Assembly (NCBI GenBank): GCA_003427395.1
Contig: BFEA01000034.1
Span: 3,408,125 to 3,472,124 of the forward strand
Direction of reading: 5' to 3'
Source of the DNA: Chara braunii
Lineage: Eukaryota > Plantae > Charophyceae
Length of the DNA: 64,000 nucleotides
Made by a program: the position numbers and the translations under genes. The notes under the pieces are model-generated. The model was not told the DNA's origin and did not search any database. It was given only the letters and a program-made list of their open reading frames with translations. Position 1 is the first letter of the stretch. The number at the start of each line of letters is the position of its first letter. Positions 51,090 through 61,920 of the stretch are shown piece by piece.

Positions 51090-53264
51090 TTCTTTTGAAT
51101 TTGATGCATTTCTCGATGTTCGCGGCTCGCCCATGACGGCTGATGGAAAGACTCCTCGAACCTTTTTGAACTTTTTCGGTATGGGTGATGGAAAGAGTGT
51201 GGCTGGTGGGTGCATAGGGGCATTTGAGTATTTGTTCTGCAGGTGTATGCATGCCATTCAGTGCAACTTCCAAGGTATTTGTTTGTCGGCTGTCGAGCAG
51301 AAAGTCCGTGTCTGGTGAATTGAGCTTTTGACTCTCCCACTTCTTCCTTTTGAAGGATTGGTGAGCTCATGTGTGTGTAATCACGTAATCACGTGCATGC
51401 CATTCTACTTAACTTGAGGGAACATGTCTGTTGGTGGTCTTGCAGCAAGTCGATATCTGGTCGTTTGGCTGTCTGCTGGTGGAGCTTTTGACCCTGGCGG
51501 TTCCTTATGAAGGCTTGTCAGATGCCTGTGTCCAATCGCACATTCAGGTGAGATACTGTTACCTGATCTCCGTTGTTGCTCGTTAGCGAGTGGATGTGGA
51601 AGGTCTGCTGTCGATCTGTGCAAGAGAGTGGATGTGATGTGGTTCGCACTTTTCTATATCTGGAGCGCTAACTTCTGTGAATGCTGGCTGCAACTGATTG
51701 TTGTACATGGTAGTCGGTCACCAATGTGTCTGGTGGATAGATTTGTCAATGATGGTTTATTTTTATTATACCCCATGTCCTCCCATCCCATGTGTCAGTT
51801 GGGCAGACTGGGAACTGGCAACATTAACTGAGTGGCTTTCACAGGCTCTAGCGAGTGTGACTGATGTGTAGAAAATTGGGAAGTTAACTTAGTTAAGTGA
51901 ACAGTTTTTGGGAGGCACATGGGTCAAAACAACAGCCTTGGCCTCCCTTTCGTCCCGTCGGCTGGCAGCAGGTCCAGGACTTCCGCCGTTTCACAGAGGC
52001 TGGTTTATGGTACCACCCTCAAATTTCCACATGGTGGTATCGGTGACCGGTCACCTTCGTTTTTTGTTTTTCTCTCCTTTTCTTTCTTTTTCTTTTTCCA
52101 GTCCCTTTCAGGCTCGCGAAATGCGTTTTTTTGGTTTGGTTTGTTAATTCACCTCGAGTCGTACTGGTGGTTCAAGGACTCTGTGCATTCACATCTCTGC
52201 TGAAGTCTGTTCCAGTTCCGTGCATTGTACGGATGAACGACAGGTGTTGAATTGTACGGATGAACGACAGGTGTTGAATGTAGGAATGCATGTCAGACAT
52301 CGAAATTAGTAGTAATGTGTAGTTTCTCCGGTTAAACCACTAGTACCTTTCCCGCATGGGAAAATAGGGAAAACTGGCTGTTTTCCCAATCGCCTGAATT
52401 TTCGAAGGTTGGGCCTGACGACGACTGCCATTAATAAATCTGATCGGCAGCCGTTGTTTCGTTTCGGCCTCTGAAAAGGTCGGATGCCTACCCGAGGCCC
52501 GCTATTTTCCCAAGCGGCAAAGGTACTAGTGGTTTAAGGGAGAGAACAGGTGAATGCAGACCGGGGGAACAGAGGTGTAGAAGACAGAGAAGTGCAACCA
52601 TTGGAATTCAATTAAATTGTGAGAGGGGAATGCACTGTAACGCGCAAGATGACAGCGCCCAACTTGACTGCAGTTTAATCAAGAATGAAGAGTTGTCAAA
52701 TGAAAAGTTGAAAACAATGTGTATTGTGTCCCTTCTTCGGGGCCGTATTGTTGTAGTGTGTGTATTGTATTATTTCGGGTCGCTATTCTTGTAGTGTGTA
52801 GAGTCTGTAGACCTAAGATGAAAACGAAGGGCATCAACAGGGAGGCATTCTGTGCAAAACGACTGTCCTCGCTCCTCTTCCGGTGGTGCATTGTCGGTTA
52901 ATCTTTCATTTCTTTGGGGAATGCTTGGAATTCTACTCAGTAATCTCAATGAAGGCATTAGTTTGAGAAAGGTGGTGTCGTCCTTTAGAGACCACCTGTG
53001 TGTTCGCATTTCTGTGAGGAATGCTCAAATTTGAAATTTCCACAATCTCTGCCGAGGCGTTAGGTGCAGAAAGACGGACGGTCATTCGAGTGGGTGTCCC
53101 TCCCTAGCAGTCTTTCGATTTCTGGAGTCACGAGTGTCAAACCAGCCGCTACGGCAATACGATTATATTATGAATATCATGTCTCTGTAGTATTTGGCCA
53201 CTGAGTGATGGTTCTGGTTGTCTTCCCTGATCCGAGTTCCTTCCTTATAACTGGCCCTTGTGAG

Positions 53265-53309
<45 letters not shown>

Positions 53310-54009
53310 TATGTTCAGTATCTGATAGCTTCTCTCCTAGAGTGTCCTATGTACTGTCGGAATGCGCATTGGAAAGTGATTCTTTTCATTTCAGAGACCG
53401 CTGGGAGTGTCCGGCAGCAAGTCTGTAAGCGATTGTGTAGACTCCAGAGAATGACTGTTTCTTGTTGGTCTGAACGATGGAAAAGCGTTGACACAAACTG
53501 TGTGTGGTGCTGTTGGGATTTTCTAGTCTGGACAGCGGCCAGGCTTGCCTGTGTCTCTGCAGGAGTGGCTGCCGGGAGCTGCTGCCGAAGGAGCACCGGA
53601 TCAGATCACTGCGCTGGTGGATGGGGACGAGGAGAAGCAGGCACTTCGCACACTGATAGAGTTGTGGCATGAATGTACAAGAATGTCGCCTTCGCTTCGA
53701 CCTACCGCGGACATGATAGTGCGCAGGCTGGATGATCTGGACCTCGTCAAGAATCAGAGGGCAACAGCCACTCCCACGTGGCAGCAGGAGGAGGAGGTAT
53801 CGGGAACGGGGTCCATGGATAAGCGCGTGGAGAAGGGGGCAGAGAAGACGGGAGATGAGGTGGCAATTGTTTCGACTCAAGGCATGCGAGGACGATGTGG
53901 GACGACGGACTCGTCAGGTGGTTCTCCACGAAAGAACGAGGCGGCAGTTCCCGTGAGCGTGTTCATTTCGGACCAAGAGACCGCACAGGCAATCGAATCT
54001 GTGGCCTGA
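17482..54009 (+). CDS. LRR + EDR1-like + protein kinase gene (At1g04210-like Raf-related LRR kinase), 12 coding exons: 17482-18662, 24265-24529, 26232-26400, 29400-30273, 32707-33214, 34203-34372, 39836-39986, 41200-41496, 43836-43967, 48301-48705, 51446-51547, 53527-54009
   Basis: All junctions are GT-AG and phase-compatible; the exons total 4737 nt (1578 aa plus stop). LRRs include LKQLEELDLSFNKITLLPPEIGELKSL. EDR1-like motifs: FYDAG-like FHDAGRERPF, GICRHRAIMLK, IPCELVRG, HAWN. Kinase motifs: GRGASG, VAAK, HRDIKSSN, ICDFS, GTPRWMAPE, DIWSFG. The start codon and a possible extra exon near 26.6 kb are uncertain. Confidence 0.9.
23592..23807. mobile_element. Nested pair of same-family short MITEs (inner copy 23637-23741, TA TSD)
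   Basis: TIR CC(G/T)TCTTC.CCCGAATACAACG..CGGTCATTA occurs twice on the left and its complement twice on the right. A third copy is at about 22312-22395. Confidence 0.75.
24265..24529 (+). CDS. Kinase exon 2 (LRRs)
   Basis: tcag| acceptor, LRR consensus repeats, AAG|gtaagc donor. Confidence 0.93.
26232..26400 (+). CDS. Kinase exon 3 (LRR C-terminal cap, PSWIKCNLEGN)
   Basis: cag|TGTAAT acceptor; G|gtgctg donor, in phase with exon 4. Confidence 0.75.
29400..30273 (+). CDS. Kinase exon 4 (linker and start of EDR1-like region)
   Basis: SFCGFDDRLEDGFHDAGRERPF...REVIVVDR; ends AG|gtaagc. Confidence 0.85.
32707..33214 (+). CDS. Kinase exon 5 (EDR1-like domain)
   Basis: LAQFVSDWFGGSD and IVPIGALKYGICRHRAIMLK. 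Confidence 0.93.
34203..34372 (+). CDS. Kinase exon 6 (EDR1-like domain)
   Basis: YLCDHLDPAIPCELVRGYMDNIPHAWN; ends AG|gtaatt. Confidence 0.93.
37366..37600. repeat. ~60-bp tandem repeat, 3-4 units, probably within a retroelement remnant
   Basis: GCGTCAGGGGGTGTCTTATCAGCATTTTGTTTAGCTTGTTTTTGAAGCCTG is repeated. Confidence 0.8.
38250..38372 (+). mobile_element. Hammerhead-bearing repeat, copy F, between TA runs in kinase intron 6
   Basis: (TA)n-GGGTTCAGCCTC-CTGATGA-GTC...GAC-GAAA-CAGTTTGTCACAGCCCCTC...CTGTTTGACGATATAT. The same 3' tail occurs at 1506-1572 and in copy B. Confidence 0.7.
39836..39986 (+). CDS. Kinase exon 7 (subdomains I-II)
   Basis: RYLPLKR...EIGRGASGAVVYRCTLGDVTVAAK|gtgagt. 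Confidence 0.92.
41019..41123 (-). ncRNA. U6: U6 spliceosomal snRNA copy (probably a retroposed pseudogene)
   Basis: Minus strand reads GTCTTTCGGGACATCCGTTAAAATTGGAACGATACAGAGAAGATTAGCATGGCCCCTGCGCAAAGGATTACACGCATAAATCGAGAAATGGTCCAATTGTTTTTT. It contains the ACAGAGA box and AGC triad and is near-identical to plant U6. Confidence 0.95.
41200..41496 (+). CDS. Kinase exon 8 (subdomains III-V)
   Basis: SELRLLASLPRHPSIVEFYGH...LFMEYVAGGSLE|gtatgg. Confidence 0.92.
43836..43967 (+). CDS. Kinase exon 9 (subdomain VI)
   Basis: IAREVAKGIAWLHSQGLIHRDIK|gtagcc. Confidence 0.95.
44344..44445 (+). mobile_element. tRNA-derived SINE-like head
   Basis: A-box-like TATCTCAGTTGG and B-box GGTTCAATCC; the tail GCCTGCGG...CACCACCT is shared with the 59.1-kb copies. 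Confidence 0.6.
44564..45233. repeat. Diverged direct duplication with ~375-bp period
   Basis: TGTGACAAATCTGGCATCCGGGCCATCCGC at 44575 and 44950, with colinear similarity continuing about 270 bp. Confidence 0.85.
45427..45481 (+). ncRNA. Type III hammerhead ribozyme candidate (complete fold)
   Basis: AGACGGTC^GTGG-TGGAA-CCTC-CTGATGA-GTTGG-TGAAAGT-CCAAT-GAAA-CAGTCT. Stem III pairs 6/7, the cleavage triplet is GUC, stem I pairs 3/4, stem II has 5 pairs (one G-U), and the core is intact. Confidence 0.7.
46901..47888 (-). mobile_element. Possible solo LTR
   Basis: Bounded by TGTTACA...GTTATCA on the minus strand, about 1 kb and non-coding, but without a matching TSD. Confidence 0.35.
48301..48705 (+). 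CDS. Kinase exon 10 (subdomains VIb-VIII)
   Basis: SSNILVD...VKICDFS...GTPRWMAPEVL. Confidence 0.95.
51446..51547 (+). CDS. Kinase exon 11 (subdomain IX; not in the ORF track)
   Basis: cag|QVDIWSFGCLLVELLTLAVPYEGLSDACVQSHIQ|gtgaga. Confidence 0.93.
52336..52533. mobile_element. 198-bp MITE with TTAA flanks and ACCAC termini
   Basis: 32-bp TIR ACCACTAGTACCTTTCCCGCATGGGAAAATAG (2 mismatches); TTAA at 52332-52335 and 52534-52537. Confidence 0.85.
53527..54009 (+). CDS. Kinase exon 12 (subdomains X-XI and C-terminal tail)
   Basis: tag|SGQRPGLP...LWHECTRMSPSLRPTA; TGA ends at 54009. Confidence 0.88.
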   Translation, partial: SGQRPGLPVSLQEWLPGAAAEGAPDQITALVDGDEEKQALRTLIELWHECTRMSPSLRPTADMIVRRLDDLDLVKNQRATATPTWQQEEEVSGTGSMDKRVEKGAEKTGDEVAIVSTQGMRGRCGTTDSSGGSPRKNEAAVPVSVFISDQETAQAIESVA

Positions 54010-55646
54010 TTCCATTCCACGAGGCCCCGTCGTTGAAATTTGGGAAGAAGCCTGATGATGGAACATAAAGAAGGTGAGGGGGTGATAGCACGGGGGCTGC
54101 GTGCGCCAAGGGCGTGGAGGGAATGTTTTGTTTTGTTACTTATTTCAAGTTCATCTGACACACTCCCCCATGGTCCAGGGGGGTGCAAAATTGCAAATTA
54201 CATTAGAACGGAGAAGAGATTTGTTGCTGTTGTAGGTTGATCTTGCACGATTTAAGCTTTTTTTTTTTTTTTTTTTTTTTTTTTGGCGCAGTTTTTTTGT
54301 ACTTGCTGGAGGTGAAGACAGGCTGGCAGCCTATTGGTTTTGATGTGGGGACTGGCATGTCGCTTGTTCTTTTCGTGAGAAGGGGGCTTGGATGTAAAAG
54401 GGGGGGGTATGGTGGAAGGGGACAGACATGCCGAGGAAGGAGTCAAAACAGCCATGCTCCCACCAATATATACGTCATTGAGGAAAAAAATGGAGGGTGA
54501 GACGACCTCCGCTCAATGCAGAATCCCTTTTCTGGTTTGGGAACATGCAGAAGAAGAAAATCGTTTCATTCTTGATGAAGCAATAGTGTGGTGGATTGCT
54601 AACCTTAGTGGTAGGCAAGAGTCTGGCTTGCAACGGTTCTGAGCCACTGCCCTTTTGAGCGCTAGAAGGTTGCACATCTCATGTTTTGCTTAGCGGATGG
54701 TGAACCTGAACAGGCGAGGCCTATGACTGGAACGGGGCGCCAGGGAGAATGTTTTGAGCGCGCAGCAAATCAGGTCAGCGATTTCTCTGTCTCTTTGCAT
54801 CGTGTGTGTCTGTTGGGGCGATGCGTGCCCTCTCCCATGGTTTACATTCCAGATACGAGGACTAGGCAAACCCATGTCGAGTGTTCTCCAGCGTTGGGAG
54901 CGATATAGTGAGAGGAGATCAAGACAAGGTAAGTTTTTTCTTAGAGGTAGTTTTGTGTTTGTAAGCTGATCGATCGGCAGTGGACAGAATTTTGCAAGGA
55001 CAGCTTTCTGTGCACTGTCGAAGATTCCGGGGTCGGCCAACTTCTAGGAAGTTGGTGTTTGTTTGGTATTCCGATGCATGGGCAATATTGTGTTTCCTGT
55101 ACAATTGCAGTAGAGGACAGCAACTTCAGAAGCTCGGGTCCCTGCTATAGCCTATAGGAGCATGCGTCAATGGGCGAAAGGACGAGAAGATCACAAAAAG
55201 AGAAGGATTGTATGGCATGGGGACAGGGCTTTGCAACTCTGCAAACTTTATGAAAGGCAACAAGGTTTGTGGTCTCGGGCAGTTAGTCGCTCATGTTGTA
55301 AATAGGATTTGTGATTCCCAATTCTTACTTAGGGGGTTGTTACAGTTTTTCCCCTCTTTTTTTTTCTCAGGAACATTTGTCTAAATTAGCAGGTCATCCT
55401 TGTTTATTGGGCTTGTTTATCGGGCCTGAAGGAATGTGCCTGAGGGAGTGACACCGAGGGGGAGAGGTGGACGGGGGAGGACAACGGGTGCTTCTGTCGT
55501 AACCTACAAAGTTTCTCCTCCTTCCCTCCCTCCCTCTTTGTCTCTCTATCGACCTGCATTGCCCACCACCAGTGTGCCTGTTAGCCTGCTTGCCTTCCTG
55601 TCGTATCTCTCTTGCTCCCTCCCTCCCTTCCTCCCTTTGTCCGTCT

Positions 55647-55720
<74 letters not shown>

Positions 55721-55721
55721 N

Positions 55722-55800
<79 letters not shown>

Positions 55801-58800
55801 CCATACAGTTGGAAAATGTGCCTATGACAAACTGCATCATGAAATGTTTACCTTTGCATGGGTTGGATGCCCCTCAGCCATCCATGGCTAAATCGAGTTG
55901 AGAACGACTGGACTCTACCATCTGCCGTGTGTATCATATGTCATCAGGGGTGCTAGAGATTTCTTTTTCAGTGCCCTGTGGGTGTCGGGGTTTGTGGGTG
56001 TTGGGCATTTGCCATAAATTTTAATGGGAACAAACATCTTAAGTCTGTGGGCTCGTAAGCTATTTGAAAATTCGGAATCCTCTACTCGGATGTTGTAAAC
56101 CTTTAAAACTGTGCATTTTGCAACAGTTTTTCTTGTTTCTCTGTTTTTTTTTTTTTTTTTTTTTTTTTTAACCCCAAGGAAGAGCTGCGGACTTGATTGT
56201 TTTTGTCTGATTCGATCGGGATTCAACCTCACGCTCTGTTTATTAACAGGTACGTGTGTATACCAACTCAGACACGTAGGCGGGGTCTATTAGCTTCTGT
56301 TGGCTATGAAGCACTGCACTCCTTTTTTCTTTTTTTTAAGACATTAATAACAAAGCTGATAATATGCTACCGCATGAGGCTCTTCATGTTTTTTTTGTTT
56401 GGTTAAGCTTGCTTTTCTTTAAGTCTTTTTCTTCTGGGACTGGATGACTCTACGGGATCGATCGTAGTCCCTACCTCCCTGCAGCAAGTAAGAGGGAAAT
56501 TCGCCTCTATGCTTCCGCAAGGTCTGAATAATTATGAAGTGCTGGTGGCAGAACATGGTAGAAAAAGTCGTCTGAGCTGTGAATAATTATGAAGTGCTGG
56601 CGGCAGAACATGGTAGAAAAAGTCGTCCGACAATAGAGCCAGGATCATGAAGCACCTGGCAAAAGTGTTGCCACTTTGGCTGTTTGTCAATTTTTCTGGG
56701 AACTTGGAAAATTTCCAGAATAATAATAGAATATATCTGATTTCTAGGAAGGGTCGAAAGTGTTTTGGGAGTGCGAGTGCTGCCCGTAACTTTATTGTTC
56801 GTATGTGCTATAAGACCCTGGCGTCTTCAGAGAGGTGATTCCGTGGCACATAGCTTGCTAATGTCGCTTGCTCACAGGAGAGAAGAGTTGTGCAGGATGA
56901 TGGTCCACCCGTCACAGCTGGTGCGCAATGATGGTGGCAGAACTTTGTGTGCCTGACGAGCGGAGCTTACGGGTATTCTAATCTTTGTGGTGTTATTTCA
57001 GCTATGTATTCTTGTGGGATTTTTATGTCTCATTTGGTTGTGGTGTTTGGAAGTGTACTTCACGGCAATTCTTGTTGTTGTTGCTTAAGCTTCATCTTTC
57101 ACAGGAGGTGATCGACAACTTCTGTTTGGTTGACGCCTCGTACTCGACTCGACCCCTGGCTGACATCATTTTGCAATCAGACTCGCTTTCTTCGTCACTT
57201 CACATACATGCAAACATATGTCAATCCACGCTGGCGCTGTGCGCCCAGTCAAAGCTCAGAGATGTACAAGTTGAGAACACAGGTTGGATAAAAACTCGCT
57301 TCGAACTGGCTATGGCGCCTGAGCGCTGACACATCCTCTGTCCAACACTGTATTCACACAACCGTTTGCACGCACTCGACTCTGGATCTCCCTGGATATC
57401 CCACACACACACACTGAACTCCACCTCTAAGCTACAGCGGATATGACTGCTCTACTACTGCTGGCTATGGACGAACTATATCCCTTCAGCCCACTTCAAC
57501 CTCGGGGCTTCTGCAGACCACCTCGCACAGGACGCCTGGGCAGCGTTTCCGCACGGCTCACGCAGGAATGAATGAATGGCTGGGCGCTGCCTCTTGATTT
57601 ATACTTCTCTAAGTCGCTGGTCTGCCCTTTTCCACCGGGCCCATGGTGCACACAGACCTTAATGGTACTTGCTGACTGTACGAAGTGAGACTGGGACTGG
57701 GTACCGCTGACTAAGCGAAGTTGGACTCACCGCGTGCCCACTTGCCTCTGGTCTGCTGTGAATAACGTGAGAAAAACTTGAAAGGCCACTTCTGGGCCTT
57801 CCGGAAGTCTGTGGACTTGGCCTTTCGGGACTGTAGCAGCTACGACCTTGACCTTTCGGAATTGCTACAGCTACGGCCTCTACACAACTATGACCCCTAG
57901 TCAACAGATCTACAGATCGAACCCCTACAGCTACACAGACCTACGATAAGCAACAGTCAACTACTAAAACTCGGGTCACGGGCTCAAACACACAGGGGTC
58001 GACTCGGTACTGTACACGGGTGTGGTAAGGTCTACCTGGTCTAGGGATCGAGACCTGGGATCTGCATTGGCTACTGCTAAGGTGAAAACCGTTTCAATTT
58101 TGTTGAAGTGAATTTAATTATGGTCATCTTGTTGAGAAGACTCCGGATGTGCGACCGTGGCTGCGAGCTGGGACGATGTCAATGGTGTTTAGGTGGAATG
58201 TGAAGATAGTGCAATAAGTAAACTCCTTTGGTGCAATAAGTGGCAGCAATAAGTGAATTTAATTATGGTTTTCTTGTTGAGAAGACTCCGGATGTGCAAC
58301 CGTGGCTGGCAGCTTGTCCCTCTCTTCCCTACCAAGCCCAGACCACTGCTTTGCAGTCTTGCAAAATCTCTGCACATGTTAGTCCTATTCCTGCGTTGCT
58401 GTAAGTTTTTTACCAGCCGCGGGCTCTTTCCTTCCGATCAACTGGCACCTTCGGCCGTGCGATGTAAAACAGTAAAATTCTATTTACATGGCACGGCCAA
58501 CGTTGGGCCGCGTCGGTGTTCTCGTGGTCTGAGTCTGCCATGTTAGCAAGTTCTCGGTTGGGCAATTTTGGAGTGTGCGATGTGAATGTGGTTCTCGTAA
58601 AAGACAAATCGTACTGCACCGTCCCGCTATCCGAGGAAATTTTACGTGAGTGGCAGCTGGATTTGTTGTGCTAGGACAAACCAGGCCCGGCAACGGACCC
58701 CCCCCCCCCCCCAAAAGGGAAAAAAAAAGTAATAAAAAATATGCGCCATCTTTTGGGGAAGAGAGTACGGGCAGAGGTCATTTCGGATTTCGGCCAAAGG

Positions 58801-58947
58801 AGGGCCCCATCATTTGCTCCGTGGAGGCCACGCCTTGTCGCATTTCCACATCCCTCCTTGCTACTGGACCCTCCTTCGGTGTGGAACAAGGCGGGATACA
58901 CAAATAAGAGTAAATTTGCTAACTGTAAGTAGGGTGGGATGAGGCCC

Positions 58948-59617
58948 TAAGTGCGCCGCAGGCGGTGGTCGTGGGGCTCGAACGCAACACTGCGAATGCA
59001 ATCATGTATCTCCAAGTTGTCACCTTTACGGAAACTTTGGAAGAGTAAGTAATCCGAGTACTGTTACAAACATGAAAGGGATCTCTTTTAGGTGGTTGGT
59101 GTTAAGTGCACCGCAGGCGGTCATGGGGCTCGAACCCACAACCTCCTGAATGGCACCGACGTGCAAAAGAAATATTTGTTTTTTGGCCATTGCAATCTTT
59201 GGTGTTGGAGTGAACGAGAACAACACTACTCCTAATTATAGTCATACGGGGGACCTCATAGCAGCCAGAACCGTGTTCACGAGAGAACATGCGGGGGCTG
59301 CTCCCGACCTGCAGGTGGGTAATACCGGCCAGGGGACAGCTGGTAGCATCAGGGACTATGCCAACAGGACCAATCCATGTGCCTCCCCTCAGGTCCCCTC
59401 CCCTACGACCACCAGCAGACTGTGCTCAATGCCGATGGGGGGATCCAGTGATTTATCTCCAGGTGGCGAGCGCCAAGCATGCCCACGAAAGTACATGAGG
59501 CCAATGCGGATCGACCCGATGACCTCCTGAATTCCACTTGTGAGCCTTACCAACTGAGCTAGGCTGTGGTAGGTAGGTAGTGCGAAGTGAAAATTGAGAG
59601 AATGTAGCTTAGTTTTA

Positions 59618-59652
<35 letters not shown>

Positions 59653-59860
59653 GTGTATAAACGCAATCATGATCTCAAATTCGTCACGGCACGGTGCTTT
59701 CAGGATTTGTACAGGTTTACGGAAACTTTGTAAAGAGTAAGCAATCCGAGAACTGTTATGAACGTGAAAGGCATCTCTTTCAGGTTGGCACCAGGCGATC
59801 GTGGGCCAAGAACCCACAACCTCCTGAATGCCAGTTACATGCCTGATCCACTGTGATAGC
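58948..59860 (-). mobile_element. Cluster of tRNA-derived SINE-like fragments
   Basis: Minus strand: GCCTAGCTCAGTTGGTAAGG...AGGAGGTCATCGGGTCGATCC (59564-59503) and AGGAGGTTGTGGGTTCGAGCCCC (about 59150-59123). 59025-59094 is duplicated at 59716-59786. A related head is at about 41840 (+). Confidence 0.6.
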
Positions 59861-61384
59861 TTTGGGAAAAAAAAAAAAAAAAAAAAAAAAACTGCGAAAT
59901 CGATAGTGAAAAAAGAAAGAATTAAAATAAAACAAAGTAAATTTCTATGGAAGGAAAATTAAAAAAAGCTGCGAAATTGAAAATGCGAGGACTGAGCCCC
60001 CGCAAATGCCCTTCTCGGGCATGCAAATGTTCTCGGGCATGCAAACGTTCTGGGCTCAGGCGCCCAGCAAGCCTCTCGCACGCCCTAAGTGAAGGGGGGC
60101 CTGATTATCCAGGCGTGGCCTATTTTGGATGTTTTTTGTATGACGGGTATCAGACAGTTGCAGCATGCCTGTTGGTTACAGTGCAACGTGAGCCTTCCCT
60201 GCCTCTTTCCAGAAGCAGCAGCTGCGTCGTACAGTTGAGCCCAGGGCTCATTCGGTTGAGTCCCCGGGCACACACATCCAAAGGGCGACATGTCATGTAG
60301 CGACCGTGGACCAATGAGGAAGGAAGGAGCTCCTGCGTCACACGCACGCCTCGAGCCAATGAGATTGCAGCGAACACTCGGAGCCTGGTGGGCTACCTGG
60401 ACGTGCCCAACTGTATGGCTTCCAGGCCAGTATCTGAAACTGGGCCTGGGCGCAGATACGTGGCGCCAACCTGAAGCGACCAAGCCCCCACAAGCCAGGC
60501 CCAGAGCAGGCTGAAGGCAGGCTCAATTTCCAAAAAGGAAAGTGAATGCCCAGGGGCTCGGCATTCTGGCCTGAGCAGGCAATGCGGCCACGGTGCTGCT
60601 TTGCTGTGGCGAAGCTGTGCTAACGCCGCTAAGCAGGCAGGTTGGGGTGCACACTGGCGCTTAGAGGTGAGAGAGCGCTGCGGTGGCAGCGGGCGCACGG
60701 CGGCCATAGCCGGGCTGCGCATTCAGTGGCAGGTGACTGTGATGGTGGTCTTTGGGTAGGAGGTGAATGCAGAGGGGAGACAGGGGGTGATGAGGAGAGG
60801 TGTGAGGTACGTATCTGCTGTATGCTGCTGGTCTGCATTCGTGACGAAGTCACGTACATTGGTCTTCAACTTCGATGTTCCGGTTGCATGAAAATAGATA
60901 GGCTGGGTCGGCTGAGTAGTGTAGGCTGGGCACTGGGCGCCAGACAGTAAGAGCGACATTGGATACTGTGTTGGTGTGGCCAGAGAGCATCCACGTTGAC
61001 ATTTGAGTTTATTGTATTGCTCTTATTTGTATGGTATGTTGGTGCATTATGCTCTCTGCTTGGTACATGACTATCTGGGCTACTTCGTGATTGTGCAATT
61101 TGGATTTTTTTCTGTCTATCGCTCTCGCTCATGTTCCTTGCGAAAAGAAAACAAGAGAAAAAATTAAAATAAAGAAAAGGGAAATACAATAAATTGTGGG
61201 CTTTGCGTCCTTTGCCCTCCGACCCTGTGATCGCTTTGCCATCAAAGGAGAGAGGCTCAATTCTTGTATTGTCGCTTTGCCACCGTCCTGTGCGATGGCG
61301 TCGATATAAGCGATGCCGTCGAAGGACGAGGGAAAACAGGGAATTTTTTGAAAAGCGTGGTCGTCGATGAAAAAGAACACCGGT

Positions 61385-61920
61385 TTTCGTACGCAAAAGT
61401 CAAAGAAAAGAGAAAAGGAAAAAAAAAGAGGAAAAATAAAATAAAATTGTGGGGGGATGCTGACAAGAAAGTCGAGGAAGGGTTGGACTCACTGGAACAG
61501 TCACCGGAATTTGGGGATGGGGGCGTGTGAGAAATGATGTCGTCGAGGTAGGTAGCCCTGGAGGTTGGCGGTTCGAATTACTGTAAAGAGAAGAGAAGAA
61601 AAATAAAAAACGGGAAAAAAAAAAAAAGGAATTGTAGGGGGATGCTGAGACAAAAGTCGAGGGAAGGTTGCAGTCACCAGAATTTGGCAATGGGGGGGTG
61701 TGAGAAATGATGTCGTCGAGGGAGATAGCCCTGGAGGTCGTCGGTTCGAATTGCTGTAAAGAAAAGAGAAGAACAAAAAAAAAGAGGGAAAAAAAGAAAG
61801 AAATTGTGGGGGATGCTGACATGAAAGTCGAGGGAAGGTTGCAGTCACCAGCATTTGGGGGGAGGGGGTGTGTGAGAAATCATGTTGTTGAGGTATGTAA
61901 CCGGGGGTGATGCTGACAAG
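61385..61920. repeat. ~180-bp tandem repeat, about 3 units
   Basis: GGGGATGCTGA...AAAGTCGAGG.AAGG...CAGTCACC...GTGAGAAATGATGTCGTCGAGG is repeated. Confidence 0.85.

Noticed and set aside
57327-58016. Solo LTR (TG...CA); also considered for 19449-20275
   Set aside because: No matching TSD, PBS or second copy in the window.
59503-59564. Functional tRNA gene
   Set aside because: A and B boxes are present, but there is no complete cloverleaf and there are several diverged copies with shared tails, so it is SINE-like.
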